Shown here: positions 25,729 to 38,080 of the stretch, in pieces
Numbering within the stretch: position 1 is the stretch's first letter
Layout: each line of letters begins with the position of its first letter
NCBI RefSeq assembly: GCF_006345805.1
Contig: NC_043000.1
Location: 149,978,001-150,042,000 of the forward strand
Direction of reading: 5' to 3'
Length of the DNA stretch: 64,000 nucleotides
Origin: Octopus sinensis
Taxonomy: Eukaryota
The notes under the pieces: generated by a model
Databases searched by the model: none
The model's input: the letters and a program-made list of their open reading frames with translations, nothing else
What the model was told of the DNA's origin: nothing
Position numbers and translations under genes: made by a program

Positions 25729-25760
<32 letters not shown>

Positions 25761-25805
25761 ATATATAATAAATATATATATATATAATATATATATAAAT
25801 AAATA

Positions 25806-25851
<46 letters not shown>

Positions 25852-25856
25852 GCATA

Positions 25857-25922
<66 letters not shown>

Positions 25923-25998
25923 TATATGCATGCATATATATGTATATGCATACATACATATACATATATATATGTGTGTGTGTGTGTGTGTGTATGTA
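25700..25998. repeat. (TA)n/(TG)n microsatellite
   Basis: Directly visible. Confidence 0.95.
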
Positions 25999-26316
25999 TA
26001 GTTTGAGAATCTTATTTGTGTGGATAAATATGTAAAGTGACACCATACATATTCATTATCAAAGTGTTCCAGCAGATTTGAACGTGAATATGCATATCAC
26101 TTGTATTTTAGCATTGGAGAACAACTTCTTTCAAAGTACTCTTACTCCAATGAATCAAGTGTGTTATGAATACACATTCATCTTCTGAAGAAATTCTCCA
26201 ATAACAAAATACAATGGCTATTAGCTTATTCACGTTTGAGTCTGCTAGGATATATTAAGAATGAATATGCATGTCGCAATTTTGATTCTCATTGTTGCGC
26301 ATAATGATTTATCATT

Positions 26317-26790
26317 CACAAGGTGGTATCAGAAAGTTCCTGGACTTGTTCTGTAGCATGCCAGCAGATGGTAGCACATAGCTAGCAGTGACCTTCATGA
26401 AGCAGTGCTGAGTGATATTACTGTGTTTACTTCACAAGTTGAGAAATGTGTGTTTTTGTGATCACTTGTATGCTATGGTCTGCAATTTTGTCATAGAAAG
26501 GAAGTTATAACAAAGAACCAATGTGAAATTTTGTGTTAAATTTGGAAAGTCTGCTTCAGAGACGTTGAGCATGCTTCAGCAAGCTTATGGCAACAAGGCA
26601 ATGGGTTGTATACAATGTTTCAAGTGGCACAGGTGCTTCAAAAGCAGAAGTATGTCCCTGGAATACGATGAGCAATCTGGAAGACCTGCCATGAGTGTCA
26701 CTTCCGGAAATGTGGAGAAAATTCATCAGCTTGTACATGAGGATCATCAGAGGACAATTGCTGGCATTGTTGGTGCTTGCAGGCAATCCT
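26317..26790 (+). mobile_element. Mariner 5' end (TIR plus N-terminal HTH transposase)
   Basis: TIR aggtggtatcagaaagttcctggact; KFCVKFGKSASETLSMLQQAYG...FKWHRCFK...SLEYDEQSGRP...NVEKIHQLVHED. Confidence 0.88.
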
Positions 26791-28280
26791 AATATTTCAA
26801 TTGGCCCTTAAAGGCAAATAAAAAAGTTATTAATGGATGGGCAGAATCATAAGTATGTTAGATAAAATACCTTGCAGTATTTACTTACAGCCCCTTACAT
26901 TCTGAGTTCAGATCTGACCTTAGTCAAAATTGCCTTTCATCCGTCTGAAGTTGGTAAAATGGAGTATTAAGTCAAGCACTGGGGTTGAAACTGTTTCTCT
27001 ACTTACCAAATTTCTGATTCTGCATGTATATTAGAAATTGTTAAGAATGGAGCTGGCTTTTTATGTTCGGAGTTCAAATTCCATCGAGATCAACATTGCC
27101 TTTTAAGGTCGATAAGATAACTACCAGTTGGGTTTTAGTAATGTAATCAACTTACTCCCTGCCAAAATTTTAAACCGTTATTCCCAATTTTCTGTGAAAA
27201 CATGTCTGCTCACAGAGAAATATTAAGTCACTTGGAAACAGCTAAGATTTGCTCAGCAAATTGTGTCCAACTCATGCCAGCATGGACAACAGACAGTAAA
27301 TGATGATGGTGATATATACACACACACACACATATATATATTCAAATAAAAACTTACTTGGAGAAGAGAAAACAACGCGTGCGTTTGGTCATATAATAAC
27401 AATATAATAAATAAAACATATGCATATATACATACATATATGTACGTACTTACATCTATATGTATATATACATGCATATATGAGTACAGGACACCACAAA
27501 TAAACGTAGAACACAACGAGAAACGAAAACATAAAATCAAACAAGGAAACAAACTTTTTTAAACAACGAAAAAACAGAGTACAGGACAAAAAATACAAGG
27601 AAAATTCCCCTTCATCAGCTGTCCCTGGTTCGACTCAATGCGTGTTTCGAAGGTAAGGACAGAACACAACCTGGCCGAAACAGTCCTTCCTGCAAAAGGA
27701 ATTAAATAAAATTCTTTTGCAGAGGGGTAAAACAACTGATATATATATATATACACACACACATATATATATATCATCATCATCATCATCAACTGGCATG
27801 GGTTGGACAGTTTGACTGAGGTCTAGAAAGCCAGATGGCTGTGCCAGGCTCAAATCTAATCTGGCAATGTTTCTACGACTGGATGCCCTTCCTAATGGCA
27901 ACTACTCCGAGAGTGTAGTGGGATCTTTTTACCTGTCACCAGCACAGGAGCCAGCCAGGCGGGCTTGGCATCGACCACATTAGGATAGTGCTTTTTATGT
28001 GCCACCGGCACGGAAGCCAGTCAAGCGGCCCTGGCATTGATCATATTCAGATTGTGCTATTTATGTGCCACCGGCACAGATATAACATACACATGCTCTG
28101 TGTATGTGCTTTGCTAGTTTGCCGGTCATATTTGGATATATGTGTGTGTGTGTGTATTTATGTATATATATATATATATATAACGGGAAGCTTTATGAAA
28201 ATAAACAAAAGACGAAGGCAGGTGGAAGACAAACGAACAATTGTATTAGTATGGCGCTCAGGAAATATAAATAAAACAAG

Positions 28281-28318
28281 TCTTTAACGTTTCGAGCCTA
28301 CGCTCTTCAACAGAAAGA
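28281..28318 (-). ncRNA. Minimal type I hammerhead-ribozyme-like motif in the PLE terminal region (A6U core variant)
   Basis: Minus strand: UCUUU-CUGUUGA-A-GAGC(GUAG)GCUC-GAAAC-GUU-AAAGA. Stem I is UCUUU/AAAGA, stem II is GAGC/GCUC, and stem III is a palindromic AACGUU. Confidence 0.65.
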
Positions 28319-28874
28319 TACACAGAGAGAGAAAAACACAGAAAGAAGGAGAGAAAAAAAATGCGTGCAGTAGCTAACGAATCAACATGGCGATCTGATT
28401 TCGGCCAGAGGTCAAAGATCAAACATGAGACGCGAGAGCGAAATAAGGGGAGATAATAGGGTTGATAAAAGGGTTGAGTGACCAGCTAAAAGTGCGTGGG
28501 AGGGGTCTGGATGTGTGTATGTATAGGGTTGGTGTATGTATTAGTATGTATACGGGTGTGTGTGTGTGTGTGTGTGTGTGTATGAGAGAGTATTAGTGCG
28601 TAAGATTGGTCTGGACGTGCGTATGTATGGGGTTGGTGTATGTATTAGTATGTATTAGTATGTATTAGTACGTATTGGTATGTATAGGTGTGTGTGTGTG
28701 TGTGTGAGAGAGTATAAGTGCGTATGCGGGGTCTGGACGTGTGTATGTATAGGGTTGGTGTAAGTATTAGTATGTACTAGTATGTATTAGTACGTATTAG
28801 TATGTATTAGTTGGTGTGTGTATTAGTATGGCACATCATATGTGATGTGATGTGTAAAGTCATGTGTGTGTAGT

Positions 28875-29225
28875 GAGGAGAAGAGGGGGAGGGGGAGAGA
28901 AGAGGGGGGAGAGAAGGGGAGGGGAGAAGAGGGGGGAGAGAAGGGGAGGGGAAGAAGAGGGGGAGGGAGGAGGAGAAGGGGGAAGAGGAGACGATGGGGA
29001 GAAGGAAGGTGAGGAGGGGGGATGAAGGAGGAAAGAGGGAGAGGGGGAGAGAGAGAAGGGGAGAGAGGGAGTGAGGAGCAGAGGGAAGGGGAGAAGAGGA
29101 GGGAGAAAGAGGGAAGAAGGGAAGGGGAGTAGGGGTGAAAGGATGAAGGACTGAAGAAGTAGGGGTCGGGGGAGAAAGGATAGGTGGGAGGGGGAGAGGG
29201 GGGTTAGATGAGGAGGGGGGGAGAG
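28875..29225. repeat. About 350-bp polypurine/polypyrimidine tract (GGA/GAG-rich) in the PLE 3'UTR
   Basis: Directly visible. Confidence 0.9.
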
Positions 29226-31509
29226 TTGAGACCAAATGGCGTATAAGAGCGAAGAGAGAAGATTAATTCCTGTTCACGGCGCAAACGGAATCCGGATGGC
29301 CTCTGTGTAAGGACAAACCGAACACAGATAGGTGTTGCAAGGAGTGACCGGTGGAGCGGAAATGGCGTGAGACCGGTGTGTCGTTCGCAAGGTGGATGTC
29401 ACGAAGGTGTTCCGCGAACCGGTCAGCCAAGCGGCGTCCCGTTTGTCCGATGTACAAGGAATTGCAGAGAGAGCAAGAGATGCAATAGATAATATTGCTG
29501 GAGGTGCAGGTGAAGGAGTGGATGATGGGATAGGGTCGATGGTGGGTGCTAGTGAGGCGGGTGGTGTTGGAGAGGTAAGGGCAAGTGCGGCAACGTGGGC
29601 GGGAGCAGGGGAACGAGCCGGGTTGGGAGGTAGGGTCAGGGAAGGAGCTATGGACCAAAAGGTCTCGAAGGTTGTGGGCTCGTTTGAAAGAGGGGAGGGG
29701 TCGGTTAGGGAGAGGTGTGAAGTGGACGGGTCGGACTGGAGATGACGGAAAGCTCGAAGAATGGTGTGCGTTGGAGACGTAGGGTCGTGGGGTGGTAAGT
29801 GAGGGGAAAAGGGAGGCGGGAGACTACAGGGCGGGTTCGGGGAGAGAGAGCAGATACACGGTCCACGGAACGTGCTCTGGCAAGGGCGGTGTGGATAGTG
29901 GTGAGGGGGTATCCACGTAGGGTGAAGTGGTGAGCCATACGTTGAGACTGAGTCTCAAAGTCATGGTCGTCACTACAGAGCCTACGTAGACGGAGGAATT
30001 GGGAATAGGGGATGGAAAGCTTGGTGTGTTCAGGGTGGGAGGAAGAGAAGTTGAGGTATGAGTGTGAGTCTGTGTGTTTGTAGTGAATGGAGGTGGTAAG
30101 AGTGGAGTGAAGAATGCTAACCGAAATGTCGAGGAAGGAGACAGAGGTGTTGGAGATAGTGGAAGTGAAGAGGGAGGGCTGGATGGAAGATTGGACGAAA
30201 GAGAGGAAGAATCTAGATGTTCGCGGGAGAGTGAGGGGTGGCACCGATAATGTCGTCAATATAACGACCATATAGTTCAGGAGTGGGACCAGTGAAATTA
30301 GAGAATATTTGGGCCTCAACATAGCCAACATGTGTGTGTGTGTGTGTGTGTGTGTGTATACATATACTGGTTAATCTCATAAACCGAGTTTTAAAAAAAC
30401 ATTTCTTTATTTTTGAAAGATTTCTTTATGGTTTGCAAACCTATGTTTGAAATTCTGTATGTAAAGAATTTTTTCTCCTATATCTCAAAATACTTTTCAG
30501 GTGTTATTTATGTTTTGTATCTCTTAGGAGGCAGTAGACAAGTAAACAACATACTATTTTCTTACACTGCTTTATATTGGTTGCTTGTCTGTAGTAAGTA
30601 AGTAGCTGACTATATGTTGGACTTTGTTCAGTTCATTCTTCATTCATACATGCTATTTAGTATCGCTGTTGGTACACAGGGATGGATATGAGTATATGTA
30701 TATGGTGTACAGGCATGGCAGTGTGGTTAAAAGTCTGTTTCCTAGCCAAATTGTTCTCGTTTCTGTCCCACTGCATGGCACCTTGTACAAGGGTCTTCTA
30801 CTATAGCCCTGGGTTAACCAAAGTTTTGTGAGTGGATTTTGTAGGCAGAAATTGAAAGAAACACCTTTTTGCATGTGTGTGTGTATGTGTGTGTACAGCA
30901 CTGGATCAACCATTAAGCAAAATAAGCACGTGCTTACAGCATCAAGAGAAGTGGGGCACTACAGAAATGGTAAATAGTTTATGTCACAAAGGAAATCACT
31001 TTATCCCTTTAGTGTTTAAACTGGCCATACCAGGCCAAAATTGTCTTCCTGTTATATGCTCAAACCAGCCAGCTCTGACCTCTCACACCTACCCTACAAA
31101 GTCATTCTAAAAATAAACAAGGACATCATCAAAATCTCAGAGTTACAAGATGCTGAACAATTAATTTAAAACAATGTGATTAAACAGGCTTTACACTCGA
31201 CAGAGTAATCTGAATGCTAAAGGGTTAAACTTGCTAAAAGAATATTCAGGATGCCTTATCTCTACTGATGTAGGTGCATGGCTTAGTGGTTAGCATATTG
31301 AACTCAAGATTGTAAGATTGTGGTTTTGATTCCTGGACCGAGCAACACGTTGTGTTCTTGAACAAAACACTTCATTTCACATTGCTCCAGCTGGCAAAAA
31401 TGAGTAACCCATGACAGACTAGTGTCCCATCCAGGTGAGGAATTTATATGCCATGGAAACCAGGGAACCAGCCCTTTTGAGTCTGTATGACTCAGAAAGG
31501 AACTTTACT

Positions 31510-31800
31510 TTTTACTTATCTCTACTTAGTATAAAAGCAGATATGTTAAATAAGATTAATTTTAAGGATCTGATCAAAGATTTTGCAATTAAAAATGTTG
31601 GAGAAAACTTTTCAAATATAAATAAAGTAGAAGTCTACAAAAATAAACATTATTTTCCATTTTACTGTTTGTTTTGTTTCAATTTGAAAAATTATAATAC
31701 ATTTTATGCATTTTTATTGCTTATATTTTGAATTACACATATATAGGACACCAAAATCTTGCAAGTGCTTAAGATCTCTACAGGTCATAATCCAGCCCTG
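31510..31800 (+). mobile_element. hAT transposon 3' remnant (C-terminal dimerisation domain plus TIR)
   Basis: LSLLSIKADMLNKINFKDLIKDFAIK resembles the hATC domain; the terminus taatccagccctg (rc cagggctggatta) is hAT-like. Confidence 0.6.
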
Positions 31801-31809
31801 TGTATACAT

Positions 31810-32915
31810 CATCATCATCATCATCATCATTTAACGTCCGCTTTCCATGCTGGCATGGGTTGGACGGTTCAACTGGGGTCTGGGGAGCCCGAAAGCTGCA
31901 CCAGTCCAGTCAGATCTGGCAGTGTTTCTACAGCTGGATGCCCTTCCTAATGCCAACAACTACGAGAGTGTAGTGGGTGATTTTATGTGCCACCGACACA
32001 GGTGCCAGACGAGGCTGGCAAACGGCCACACTCGGATGGTGTTTTTTATGTGCCACCGACACAGGTGCCAGACGAGGCTGGCAGACAGCCACGCTCGGAT
32101 GGTGTTTTTATGTGCCACCGACACAGGTGCAGGATGAGGCTGGCAAACGGCCACGATCGGATGGTGCTTGTTACGTGCCCACAGCACGGAGGCCAGTCGA
32201 TGCGGTACTGGCTACGGCCACGTTCGGATGGTTTTATTGTGTGCCACGTGCCACCGGCACTGGTACCACAGATACAAATTCCATTGATGTTCATCTATTT
32301 TGATTTGTTTTGATTGATTTTCACTTGCCTCAACAGGTCTTCACAAGTGTCACAAGAAGGAAGGTATGCACAGGTGGACTGACTACGTCCCAGGTAGGGG
32401 CCATGGGTTATGGCCTGACTAGTCTTGCCGGGTCTTCGGATGGTGTTTTTATGTGCCACCGACACAGATGCTAGATGAGGCTGGCGAACGGCCACGATCG
32501 GATGGTGTTTGTCATGTGCCCACCGCACTGACTACAGCACTGATGGATTTCTTGTGTGCCACAGGCACTGGTACCACAAGATACAAATTCCATTGATGTT
32601 CATCTATTTTGTCTATTTTGATTTGATTTGATTTGATTTTCACTTGCCTCAACCGGTCTTCACAAGTGTCACAAGAAGGAAGGTATGCACAGGGACTGAC
32701 TAGTCTTGCCGGGTCTTCGGAAGGTGTTTTATGTGCCACCGACACAGGTGCCAGATGAGGCTGGCGAACGGCCATGATCGGATGGTGTTTGTTACGTGCC
32801 CACAGCACGGAGGCCGGTCGATGCGGAACTGGCTACGGCCACGTTCGGATGGTTCTCATGTGTGCCACCGGCACTGGTACCACAAAGTGTGTGCCACCGG
32901 CACTGGTACCACAAA
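31810..32915 (-). mobile_element. Extended family D element with 62-63-bp tandem units and an internal duplication
   Basis: Units start at 31985, 32048 and 32110; the block ggcactggtaccaca..caaattccattgatgttc..ggaaggtatgcacag is present twice (about 32256 and 32566). Confidence 0.85.
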
Positions 32916-32916
32916 G

Positions 32917-32949
<33 letters not shown>

Positions 32950-32959
32950 CATCTATGTA

Positions 32960-33374
32960 CAGGGTGGTCACTAGAAAAGTGGAAATTTTGAAGGCAAAAC
33001 TAAATCTACCCCTGACTTTATTGCACCTGAAGATTGGCCTTCAAAGAGTCCCGACTTAAATGTGATGAATTACTGTGTCTGGAGCTTGTTATTAACAGAG
33101 ATACAGAAATATCAATGCTATATAACTGTCATTGATGAATTGAAAACGTGCTTGATAAAAGCTTGGAACATCCTCCAAGTTATATTTCAAAATGCCACAA
33201 AAGCTTGGATTTCTCAATTAAAACTCTGTCATAAAGTGCACAGAAGACATTCTGAACATTTGTGAGTGTCAATATGATATCACGCTTTGTGACGCTTATT
33301 GTTTACCTCAAATAAATCTTGTGGAAATATAAATCAGATTTCTCAGATTTTCCGCTTTTCTAACAACCACCCTG
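32960..33374 (+). mobile_element. Internally deleted Tc1/mariner element (transposase C-terminus, both TIRs)
   Basis: TIRs cagggtggtcactagaaaagtgg / ccgcttttctaacaaccaccctg; PDFIAPEDWPSKSPDLNVMNYCVWS. Confidence 0.85.
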
Positions 33375-33429
33375 AATATATGTATGTATGTATTTATGTA
33401 TGTATTTATGATGTGTGTGTATGTATGTA

Positions 33430-33464
<35 letters not shown>

Positions 33465-35197
33465 GTCTCATTGCCTTGACATGGTGTGATGGTTGTAAAT
33501 GAGTGTCATCATAATTGCAAGTAGTGTCTTTCAGTCCCAATTTTCTGTGAAAACATGTCTGGTCACAGGGAAATACTAAGTTACTTGGAAACAGGTAAGA
33601 GTCGCTCTTAGAAAATTCACCTCAACAAATTCTGTTCAACCCATTGAAGTGTGGAAAAGTGGATGTTAAAATGATAATGATAATGTTGTGTGAGTGTACA
33701 CATGCTTGTGTGTGCATGTATGTAGATGAATGTATGTGTGTGTGTCTGTTTCTGTGTATGTGAATGTGTTTCATCTGCACTTCTCCAAAAATCGCTTAGC
33801 TACAGATGGTGACATTGCTGTCATTTTGTACTATCAATGGTTCAATCATTTCATCAACAATGCCATATCATTCACTGGTCCCAAATCCAAAAATCTATTC
33901 ACCCAAAACATCTGCACCTCCACCAACATCACATGCAAACTTCATGGTACTTATATGTTAGTGAAATTGGCTGCTACATGAATGATCATTTCTGTAAGCA
34001 CCTTCACAGCATCCTCCAACCCACTCAGGCCCAACCCATTACTCTCCTTTACTCTTTTACTTGTTTCAGTCATTTGACTGTGGCCATGCTGGAGCACCGC
34101 CTTTAATTGAGCAACTCGACCCCAGGACTTATTCTTTTGTAAGCCCAATACTTATTCTATCGGTCTCTTTTTGCCGAACCGCTAAGTAACGGGGACATAA
34201 ACACACCAGACAAACACAGACACACAAACACACACACGCACATTCATATATATATATACATATATACGACGGGCTTCTTTCAGTTTCCGTCTACCAAATC
34301 CACTCACAATGCATTGGTTGGCCCGAGGCTATAGTAGAAGACACTTACCCAAGGTGCCACGCAGTGGGACTGAACCCGGAACCATGTGGCTGGTAGACAA
34401 GCTACTTACCACACAGCCACTCCTGCCCCTATTGCTCACCTTCTCAACACAACTGGCACTTCATTAACCATCTCTCATTGCCTGGCATGTTCACCCACCA
34501 CAAAGCATACGATTCAAAGAACAATACATCATATTCACCCTCAGAACATCATCCCTAGATCTGACAGAACATTTCTCTTTTTCCCCATCACCAATTTCAC
34601 CCCTCACTCCACCTGTTTTACATATACTCATGTAGCAGGCCTTTATACGAATGTTTTTATCTTTCTATTATTTTTTTTTTTCATTTCTTTTATTCAATTA
34701 TTAAATTATTTTTAATATTACTATGTGCAGGTTGAAGTTTTGTGACTACATAGGAAATCAATATTATTGTGTGCATATGCAGAATATCATTATCAGAATA
34801 TTTTTTGCTTTTGTTTGTATTTATTTTTTTTTTGCTCTCATTTGTTATTTTTTTAAATTTTTATCTCGGTTATTGTGTGCATAGATGCACAAGTGAGAAC
34901 ATACCAGCTGGTGTTAATGTTTAAGTTGCTCATGTGCATGTGTGATCCCATTTTTTTTATGCTTGTTTGTGCTCTTCCTGTCTACATGTGTTCATACATG
35001 CGTACTGACAAGAGCACAAACACTGATCTTGACACACTTCTTGTTGAAGTCACTGACTTAGACAAAAAACAAAAACATCCTTTCTCCCTTAAATTGACCA
35101 TTTCTTCCAATTTTGATCTTTCTTTTTATTCTCTCTCGAACATTCCTTTTCCCAAATTTCCTTCCCCTTCTGCTCTTCACTTTTCACTCTCAAAGTA

Positions 35198-35950
<753 letters not shown>

Positions 35951-36954
35951 CATCAATCTAGAAGGACTTTCTCTGAAACATTAAAAACTTCTCCTTAACC
36001 CCTTAACATTTAAACTGGCCATATCTGGCCCGAATATTCCACCTGTTATACATTCAAACTGGCCAGGTCTGGCCTCTCACACCTACCCTAAAATGTCATT
36101 TTAAAAATATACAATCACATCATCAATGTCTCAAAGCTACAAGATAATGCATAATCAGTTCAAAACAATTTGAATAAGGAAGCATTACTTTTGACAGAAT
36201 AATCTGAATGCTAAAGGACTAATAGTATTTGAACTTAGAGTTTTCCCAATGCAGACTAGAACCAGAGTCCCTGCTGGAGCACCGCCTTTAATCGAGCAAC
36301 TCGACCCCGGGACTTATTCTTTTGTAAGCCCAGTACTTAATCTATCGGTCTCTTTTGCCGAACCGCTAAGTGACGGGGACATAAGCACACCAGCATCGGT
36401 TGTCAAGCAATGCTAGGGGGACAAACATACACGCACATACATATATATACATATATATATACGACGGGCGTCTTTCAGTTTCCGTCTACCAAATCCACTC
36501 ACAAGGCTTGGTCGGCCCGAGGCTATAGTAGAAGACACTTGCCCAAGGTGCCACGCAGTGAGACTGAACCCGCAACCATGTGGTTGGTAGACAAGCTACT
36601 TACCACACAGCCACTCCTGCGCCTATTCTGTGGGTTTAAAAATTTTTTTTTTAACTTATATTCTTTAACATTTTGCTACTTTCAATCATTGAACTTTGGT
36701 CATTTTGGTGTACCACCTTCAGTGATTTTAGTCATTTATATCAATTCCAGTTTTTATTCCTGTCTGATACTTAACTTATTGATCTCAGTTTTCTGCTGAA
36801 CCATTATCTTACCACAACCTAAACACGCACAATATAAACAACAATACCAGTTGCTAGTGTAAACAAAACACACACATGCATAGCTACAAGGTTAACCTGA
36901 AATTGAACTTGAAACCAAGTGGTTGCAAAGCAAACTTCTTAACCATATAACCAT

Positions 36955-37428
36955 ATGACCATACAGCATCTCGAAAGAGTCCAGAAGCTGGCTACCCGCA
37001 TGGTTCTTGGTCTCAAGCATTTGTCTTATGAAGAAAGGCTGAAGACGCTCGACCTTTATTCTCTAGAAAAACGACGCCGCCGTGGTGATCTCATTCTTGC
37101 TCACAACATCATAAGCAGTGAGTGTAACATCTCGAAAGAGCTGTTCTTCACTCCTGCTCCAGAGCGTCAGCTGCGGGGTCACTCCGAAAAGCTCTATCTG
37201 CGACGATTTCATCTCAGTCGAAGGAGAGGGGCTTTCTCCATCTGGGTTGCGGATCCGTGGAATAAGCTGCCGGACGAGATAGTGAAGATGCCGACGACCG
37301 CTCGGTTCAAAGTCTCCCTTGACCACAAATGGCCTGAACTCTTTGCATGAACACCACCCTGTACATAACTCCATGTCCCCCTACATGGCCTTGCTTTTTG
37401 CTTTTTGAGCCAAAAAATTAACTTAACT
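36955..37428 (+). mobile_element. CR1-clade LINE 3' end, second family, open frame to the natural stop
   Basis: LERVQKLATRMV, LSYEERLKTLDLYSLEKRRRRGDLI, LRGHSEKL and WNKLP; short 3'UTR ending in a (ttaac)n-like tail. Confidence 0.92.
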
Positions 37429-37694
37429 TGTATTGTAATCTTTATGTTCTGAGCTCAAATTCCTCCGAGGTCGATTTAGCCTTTCATCCTTTCGGGGTCA
37501 ATAAAATAAGTACCCCCAAAATTTCAGGCGTTGTGCCTTTTGAAGAAAAGATTATATATACTGCATTTTAAAAATTTTTATTTCTACATTTCTTTCTTTC
37601 CATATTACAACAATTTTTGTTTCTGCTTTTAATAAAGTTTCTAATGTGACAGTTTTGATGCAGTTTCTCATTTGATTTGCTTAAATTATTATAT

Positions 37695-38080
37695 ACTAGC
37701 AGTATCACCCGGCGTTGCTCGGGTTTGTAAGGGAAATAACTATATAAGCATTTTTAGAGAGTTATAACCAAAAAATAGCAAAAAAATGCATTAAAAATGG
37801 GAAAAAAATTATGGTAATTTTTTTTTAAATCGTTGACTCATCGTAGACATTTTTAGAGAGTTACTTCCCTTATATAATAGCGAAAAAATGCATTAAAATG
37901 GAAAAAAATGATGGTAAATTTTTTTTTAATCATATGAATCACGACTATAAGATACCCAGGCTCGATATGAATCACGACTATAAGATACCCGGTTTTGGTT
38001 AAACTGCACCACAAAATGTGGGAGTAAGGAATCTAAATCGTAGGAGACACACACACAACTTCACTTTTATATATAAAGAT
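37695..38080 (+). mobile_element. Non-autonomous Helitron/Helentron-like element (copy 1)
   Basis: Starts actagcagtatc, has a 5' hairpin acccg-gcgttgct-cgggt and internal tandem blocks, and ends ttttatatataaagat. No TSD. Second copy at 48047-48455. Confidence 0.7.

Larger units (their letters stand above)
28175..30330 (-). mobile_element. Penelope-like element (RT + Cys-rich linker + GIY-YIG; Neptune-like architecture), 5'-truncated
   Basis: Across shifted frames: VGYVEAQIFSNFTGPTPELYGRYIDD, FLDISV, YKHTDSHSYLNFSSSHP...SIPYSQFLRLRRLCS, FKRAHNLRDLLV, CSRPRCRTC, NIIYCISCSLCNSLYIGQTGRRLADRFAEH, RREQELIFSLRSYTPFGLN. Confidence 0.92.

Noticed and set aside
27575-27690. Second possible hammerhead (CTGATGA on minus at about 27612-27618; GAAACaGTC on plus at about 27677-27685)
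   Set aside because: The two half-motifs cannot be assembled on one strand; GAAA is missing after the putative stem II. The surrounding repeat may still be a PLE terminus.
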